A DNA stretch of 64,000 bases from Rhodopila sp. (GTDB lineage: Bacteria; Pseudomonadota; Alphaproteobacteria; Acetobacterales; Acetobacteraceae). The stretch is from the NCBI GenBank assembly GCA_965200665.1, contig OZ241370.1, forward strand, positions 2,075,709 through 2,139,708. Direction: 5' to 3'. Position 1 is the first letter of the stretch. Every line of letters starts with the position of its first letter. A program made the position numbers and the translations under genes. The notes under the pieces were generated by a model. It searched no databases, was not told the DNA's origin, and saw only the letters and a list, made by a program, of their open reading frames with translations. This document shows, piece after piece, positions 58,893 to 64,000 of this stretch.

Positions 58893-59270
58893 ATGCCGAC
58901 CAAGATGGAGCTTAATTCGGTACTGTCAGATGACAGGAACTCGGTTACGATGACGCTGGTAATGGATGGGCTGCCGCTGGGGCACATCATCTTGGAAATA
59001 CCAGATGTGGAGGACCTCATCCATCGTATGGCCACTGTTCGGGCCGCTATGATCGAACCAGTGCCTTCAGAGATTGAACCGGCGGCGCGGATTATTGCCG
59101 CAGATAACCCGGCGTGGCGGGTGAAGATTCCAACCTCATCACCGACTCCAGGGATTTTGCTGGCCCTGCGCCACCCCGGGCTCGGATGGCTGATAAATCT
59201 GTTGCCGCGGGAAGAGGCTCATAACTTAGGTCAATCGTTGTTAGGCCTATCGAAAGAACTTGAGCGATAA
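58893..59270 (+). CDS. Hypothetical protein
   Basis: 125-aa ORF with AAGGA RBS. Confidence 0.6.
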   Translation: MPTKMELNSVLSDDRNSVTMTLVMDGLPLGHIILEIPDVEDLIHRMATVRAAMIEPVPSEIEPAARIIAADNPAWRVKIPTSSPTPGILLALRHPGLGWLINLLPREEAHNLGQSLLGLSKELER

Positions 59271-59370
59271 AACACATATACACACTTGCTCCACTTGCAG
59301 TTGATAAGGACATGTCAATTCGCTATAGGCAACGGCGTCTCGATCCGAGCGGACGCGACGGGGTCGTTAG

Positions 59371-61026
59371 CCCGCATTTCTCACAGCGTGCGCCGATCGC
59401 AAGTCGTTCGTTCTGACACGATATCAACATCGCGGACTTGGAGCTCTGTCCGGGTCCGCCGGAGGACTTCCAGGCACGATTCTCCGGACGCGGTGTCTGA
59501 ACCGCGTCGGTGAGGCGTTATGGCGGCTTGCGGTGTCTGCTTCGTGCCGGCTCAGGCGGCCGCTCGTCGCAGCATCGCATGTGCCAGGGCAAACTCATGC
59601 TGCCAAGGGCACGCCGATGCCATGGCGATGGTGACCCGGCGCATGCTGACCCTGACCAGGGCGCCGATCTTCAGCAGTTTCAGCCGGATCGTGCCGCAGG
59701 TCGCAGTGGCGAACTGCGTGTGCGCCAGGCCGATCCGGCGCAGCCCACACAGCAGCACGTAAGCCAACGACGCGAACCACAGCCGCAACTGGTTGGCCTG
59801 CATCGTCGCCGCAGAGGTGCGATCAGCGAACAGGTCAAGCTGGCATTCCTTGATCCGGTTCTCCATCTCGCCCCGAGCGCAATAGATTGTTTCGTATAGC
59901 GACGGCGCAGCGACCTCGGCCGTCGGCAGCGAAGTGACGATGAAGCGAGGGTTGGCTTCGCCCTGCGTCCATTCAGCCTTGCCGATGACACGTCGGGTTC
60001 GGCTCCAACTTTCCAGTGTAGACCAGCGGAAATCCTTGAACCGGCGGGCCGGTTTTCCGGTCGCTTCGGCCTCGGTGCGCGCAGTTGCCATCTCCGTCTT
60101 GATCTCCGCCGCCAGCCGGTCGTTACGTGCCAGGCCGAACACGTAGTCCACCCGGTTGGCCTCGCACCATGCCATCAACGCCTCGCGGCAGAAGCCGCTG
60201 TCGGCCCGCAGCAGAATGCGCACGCGGGGCCAGCGCGCCCGGATTTGGCTGATGATGCGGGTCATCTCCTCGACCGAACCGGCCGCGGCGTCGATATTGG
60301 AGCGCCGCAGCTTCGCGGCCAGCAGATGCCGTCCGCAGAACACGTAAAGCGGCAAATAGCAGTAGGTGTCGTAATAGCCATGGAAGAAGCGGCCCTCCTG
60401 GTGACCGTGCAACGGATCATCCGTGGCATCCAGATCGAGCGTGATCTGGCGCGGTGGCCTGGCGTGCGCGTCGAGGAACAGATCGACCAGCAGCGCCTCA
60501 ATGGCGCCTGTGTCGGCGGCGATTTTGGCGTAACGAGTGGGTTCGGCCCGGCTGAGCTCCAGGCGGTTGAGCGTGCTCTTGCCGGCCAGCGGCGCGCAAT
60601 CGCCGCGGCTGGCCTGTAGCTTGCCGGCCAGCACTGCCATCACCGGGTCGTGGCGCAGTTCGTCATGATCGATCAGGTCCTCGTAACCAAGGGCGATGCC
60701 AACGATCCGTTGCGTCACCAGCGTCTGCACGCTGTGTTCGACGAAGTCGCTGTTGCGGCTGTCCTTGAAGCAGGCAGCAAAGCGGCGGGTCAGTCCGATG
60801 ACGCGATCAGCCGCTCCCAGCAGCAACGCGCCGGCGTCGCTGGTGATGCGCCCACCGTCAAATGAGGCGACGACCGCACGGTTTTCGACAGGTGCAAATT
60901 CGAACAACGTTGGGCTACAGTCTGTCGGCATCGGGGAACTCCTCTGCTCAGCGGTAAGGCTTTGTTGCAGAAGAACTTTCGCTCAATCAGAGCCCCGATG
61001 CACCTGATTCGTGTGAGAAATGCGGG
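59371..61026 (-). mobile_element. IS1380-family insertion sequence, 1656 bp
   Basis: Perfect 15-bp TIRs CCCGCATTTCTCACA (59371-59385, 61012-61026) and flanking TTAG duplication (59367-59370, 61027-61030). Confidence 0.95.
59552..60931 (-). CDS. tnp: IS1380-family DDE transposase
   Basis: FDGGRITSDAG, LDLDATDD...HGHQE, LRADSGF, YCARGEMENRIKE. Confidence 0.95.
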   Translation of the reverse strand: MPTDCSPTLFEFAPVENRAVVASFDGGRITSDAGALLLGAADRVIGLTRRFAACFKDSRNSDFVEHSVQTLVTQRIVGIALGYEDLIDHDELRHDPVMAVLAGKLQASRGDCAPLAGKSTLNRLELSRAEPTRYAKIAADTGAIEALLVDLFLDAHARPPRQITLDLDATDDPLHGHQEGRFFHGYYDTYCYLPLYVFCGRHLLAAKLRRSNIDAAAGSVEEMTRIISQIRARWPRVRILLRADSGFCREALMAWCEANRVDYVFGLARNDRLAAEIKTEMATARTEAEATGKPARRFKDFRWSTLESWSRTRRVIGKAEWTQGEANPRFIVTSLPTAEVAAPSLYETIYCARGEMENRIKECQLDLFADRTSAATMQANQLRLWFASLAYVLLCGLRRIGLAHTQFATATCGTIRLKLLKIGALVRVSMRRVTIAMASACPWQHEFALAHAMLRRAAA

Positions 61027-61357
61027 TTAGCACCGTCGATAATCATGTCCCCGCTCCGAAACCACAACGCCGCCGGCGACCCCGGATCGGCCGGCGGCGG
61101 CAGCGTCATCCTGAACAGTGCCACGTCATCGGCCTGGTCGAGGCGGGTGAAGGCAATGCCTGGCGCGGCCGGGTAGCAGTCGCCCTCGTCCATGAGCCTG
61201 TTCATCCGAGCCGGATCGATGGACCAATCGAACGTCAACAGCTCACGCAGCACAGCGCAAACCCGGCAGCCGATTACGTCCCGCTTGCCGGCCACGACCC
61301 GGTAGACCGGAGCAGCGGCCTCCGCGGGCACCGGCGATGTTGATTGCAGTAGTCGGC

Positions 61358-63256
61358 TCACAGCGGCATTGCTTGGTGAACCCGAACCGTCGCCGGGCCC
61401 GTGCCGGTCGTGGTGGTGATGGTCTGCGTCCCGGGCGCAGCCTGAACCTTGATCGTGACCTCGTGCTTGGTATCGCCGCTCGTCGGAGCCGGCCGGTTCG
61501 CATCGCCTGCCTCTCGGCGGATGATCTGGTCGAGCCGATCGCGCGTCGCGCTGTCATCGTCGGCGCCGAGGCCTGCCCACCGCTCAGCGCCCATCCCGCG
61601 GATCGTGTTTTCGCCCGGGATATCGGCCGGCCGCTCATACTGCGAGTTGACCACGTACGCCGATGTCGCAGCATTCGGTGCGGTCTTCAGGAGATCGCCG
61701 GCGCCCTTTTCGCTGTGGCTCAGTTCCCACTGGACGAAGCGCATCTGCTCATCGAGCGTCGAGCCGCGGATGTCGTGGCCGGCCCATTTTGCGAAGGCAG
61801 CCTGCCGATCCGGATGCCATTGCGCGAGGCCGTAAGCCTTGCCGTTGTCATCGGTCCGGCCGGGGTCGAAAGCGCTCTCACGTTCGAGATTTGCCGTAAT
61901 GCCGGCTGCCTGGTCGTGCGTCCATCCCTGACCCTCGAAGAACTGCATCATCCGCTGGCCGGTGGCGGGATCGCCGGTCGCCGTGCTGGAAGAGCTGCCA
62001 CCGCCGAACAGGCCTCGAACCCAGGTCTCCAGCGTGCCGTGCTGGCCAAAGAAGCCAGGGCTGGTCGCCGGTTTGTTGAGCAACGGGTTGGATGGCGTAT
62101 CGCCAGAGAGCAACAGTGGCGCGGCCAGGCTTGCGACAGCCCCGCCGGAGAGGCCAACCGCCGCTCCAAGCCAGGACGGGATCTGGATCGCCGCGAGACG
62201 GAGCAGCGCGTTCTCTAGCCTGGCGATCGGCGGGATCATCCGCGATACGGCCAGCGGAACGCCGACCTCCAGCGCCGTGTTCCAGCCGACGGTTGATGTG
62301 ACTGCCTTGTCGACCACACCGCCGAGGGCGCCAAACGCCTTGCCGTAGTCGTCGCCCCATTTCTTGACATCCAGGGCGAGAAGTTCCCGGTTCTTCCCGA
62401 TGTAGTCGGCGGTGATCACCATCAGTCGCGACAACGCGGGGCTGACTGCCACGGAAACCGAGTTTCCGAGCCCGCGGAACGCCATCTCCAGTTGGGTCTG
62501 CGATTCGCTGAAAGTGCGGGCAGCGCGGGCGCCGGCCTCAGTATTGACCCCATACTTCACGGCCAACGCCGCATACCGCTCCATCCCGGCCGAGCCCTGT
62601 CGCAGCCACGGCAGCAAGTCTTCTGCCGCTCCGCCAAAGAAGACGGTAGCGGCGCGGGCCTGGAGCGATGGGTCTGGGATTTTGGCAATCGCATCGGCCA
62701 GCTTCGGCAGGACCGCCGTCGCACGCAGCGCGTGGCCCCGACTGTCTTCGAACGCAACGCCTAGGCTGCGGAAATAGGTCAGCGCCTCCATGTTCCGGCC
62801 GCCGACCGTGTCGGTCATTGTGTCCTGCAGGGTGCGGATGCCGCTCGCGGCCGCTTGCGCCGATGATCCCGCAAGTTGAGCGGACCCTTCAAGGGCCGAG
62901 AGCCGCTCCACGGTCGCCCCGACACGCGTCGCGTCGAAACTGAGCGCCTGCGTCGCTCGGGCCCAGTCCGACGTCATCTTGGCAACGCCGGCAACGCTCA
63001 ATGCCGATGTCAAGGCGGTGAAAGGAGTAAGCGAACCAGCCAAATGGTCACCGGTGCGGATGGCAGTCGCACCGAGGGCGGCCATGGCCTTGTTCAGCTT
63101 CGTAACGCCGGAGGCGTCGGACAGCCTCGCAAGTGACTTGGTGACCTTCGTCGCAGGCGCGGTGATTCCAGCGAGACGCTTCGCCACCGCGTCAATCGCG
63201 GCACTGGTCGCATCGACCGCGCTGATCCGGACGACAAGGTTATTGGCAGCGGCCAT
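61358..63256 (-). CDS. Short tape-measure-like protein with phage-tail-lysozyme domain
   Basis: N-terminal VRISAVDATS, Ala-rich helical body, then GWTHDQAAGITANLERES...YGLAQWHPDRQ...EQMRFVQWEL...YERP. Confidence 0.8.
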   Translation of the reverse strand: MAAANNLVVRISAVDATSAAIDAVAKRLAGITAPATKVTKSLARLSDASGVTKLNKAMAALGATAIRTGDHLAGSLTPFTALTSALSVAGVAKMTSDWARATQALSFDATRVGATVERLSALEGSAQLAGSSAQAAASGIRTLQDTMTDTVGGRNMEALTYFRSLGVAFEDSRGHALRATAVLPKLADAIAKIPDPSLQARAATVFFGGAAEDLLPWLRQGSAGMERYAALAVKYGVNTEAGARAARTFSESQTQLEMAFRGLGNSVSVAVSPALSRLMVITADYIGKNRELLALDVKKWGDDYGKAFGALGGVVDKAVTSTVGWNTALEVGVPLAVSRMIPPIARLENALLRLAAIQIPSWLGAAVGLSGGAVASLAAPLLLSGDTPSNPLLNKPATSPGFFGQHGTLETWVRGLFGGGSSSSTATGDPATGQRMMQFFEGQGWTHDQAAGITANLERESAFDPGRTDDNGKAYGLAQWHPDRQAAFAKWAGHDIRGSTLDEQMRFVQWELSHSEKGAGDLLKTAPNAATSAYVVNSQYERPADIPGENTIRGMGAERWAGLGADDDSATRDRLDQIIRREAGDANRPAPTSGDTKHEVTIKVQAAPGTQTITTTTGTGPATVRVHQAMPL

Positions 63257-63508
63257 TTAGCCGATCCCCGCCCGCTTGAACGCGGCCCTCCATCTGGATG
63301 CGATTTCTCGGGAGGGGAAAGGACTTTCAGCGTTGCTCGACGGTGCCTGCGCGCGTTCGAATGCCGCGGTCCACCTCGCGGCAATTGCTGCCTGACGGAT
63401 CACCGGAGCAGCCGGCGGTGCGGCCACTTTCGGATGGGCGGGTGATGGCGCTGGTGCGGCAGCATGGCGGTTGACGATTACCAGCGGCATCGCTGACGAG
63501 GCGCTCAT
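63257..63508 (-). CDS. Small Pro/Ala-rich protein with duplicated IA(A/S)RWxAAFxRA motif
   Basis: ATGA overlap upstream and TAA-ATG junction with the tape-measure gene. Confidence 0.65.
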   Translation of the reverse strand: MSASSAMPLVIVNRHAAAPAPSPAHPKVAAPPAAPVIRQAAIAARWTAAFERAQAPSSNAESPFPSREIASRWRAAFKRAGIG

Positions 63509-64000
63509 GCCGCGCCTCCCAGCTCGGCCACCGCCCGATCCGCTACGCCGGCGGCCGGGTTGATGTCGACCCGCTGCGGCTGCGAGTGGTCGCCGATCCG
63601 GGAAACTTGCGGATTGAACGTTCCCGCCGGCGGCTTCCATGGGCCTTCGCGCGCGTCGATTTCGGCGTTGTGAAGTGCCGCGGTCCGATTTGCCGGGGAA
63701 GTTTCGTATGGCTTTGCGGCCGGTCGGGGAGGGACAAAGGTCGCGTGCTGGGCCGCCCGACGACGGAGGTCAGCGAGCGGTTTCAGCAGATCGGCCAGCG
63801 CAGTGGCTGACGGATCATCCCGCCATGTGGCAGCGAGGTCGATGCGCGTGCCGTCAGCCAGGTCCGCGCGGCCCGTACCGATGATGGCCTGCTGTCCGGG
63901 AGCGGGGGAGGGGATCGTCGTTGCGCCGAGGAAGCCCGTGCCCTGGCTCAGTGTTCCCAGGGACGACGCAACGGCGTGGCTGCGCATCAAGACCTTAACC
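63505..64000 (-). CDS. Hypothetical phage-like protein, possibly 5'-truncated by the window edge
   Basis: Frame stays open to the window end; coupled to the next gene by ATGA. Confidence 0.55.
   Translation of the reverse strand, partial: VKVLMRSHAVASSLGTLSQGTGFLGATTIPSPAPGQQAIIGTGRADLADGTRIDLAATWRDDPSATALADLLKPLADLRRRAAQHATFVPPRPAAKPYETSPANRTAALHNAEIDAREGPWKPPAGTFNPQVSRIGDHSQPQRVDINPAAGVADRAVAELGGAA

Larger units (their letters stand above)
59315..61361 (-). pseudogene. Hypothetical gene interrupted by the IS1380 element
   Basis: Removing the IS and one TTAG joins ...MIIDGAN to DPVASARIETPLPIAN* (stop at 59315-59317) in frame. Confidence 0.75.
48857..64000. mobile_element. Genomic island / degenerate prophage or satellite at the 3' end of tRNA-Arg(CCG), right end outside the window
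   Basis: Abrupt AT-rich stretch after the CCA, loss of core genes, Fic pair, XRE, IS1380, tape-measure gene. No integrase or attR seen in the window. Confidence 0.8.

Noticed and set aside
59451-59460. CGGGTCCGCC matching the tRNA-Arg 3' end (possible attR)
   Set aside because: Only 10 bp, GC-rich, and located inside the IS1380 element.

Overview
GC-rich alphaproteobacterial chromosome, probably Acetobacteraceae/Rhodospirillales (inferred from gene content and protein style, no search run). Positions 1-48.8 kb are mostly core and metabolic genes. These include D-tartrate dehydratase, a terephthalate-dioxygenase-like Rieske pair, a TPR/GT41 glycosyltransferase, poxB, a DegP-family protease, tartrate dehydrogenase, lutBC, pyrE, ribA, tRNA-Ser(UGA), pgi, mutL, an ethylene-receptor-like hybrid kinase and yfgM-bamB-der. 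From tRNA-Arg(CCG) at 48780-48856 to the window end lies a more AT-rich island that continues beyond the window. It holds a Fic gene with a small partner, small helical proteins, a hairpin-dense non-coding block, a divergent XRE switch, repeated XRE-tail remnants in front of cargo genes (a PD-(D/E)XK-like protein and an orphan ParA), an intact IS1380-family element with TIRs and a TTAG target duplication, and a coupled operon with a short tape-measure/tail-lysozyme gene but no other tail genes. Best leads: the ethylene-receptor-like kinase, the satellite-like element and its candidate defence cargo, a perfect CtrA box ahead of a TPR-ATP-grasp/TPR-GT41 pair, and a mutL with no ATG/GTG/TTG start. 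Family assignments are motif recognition from memory, not database searches.
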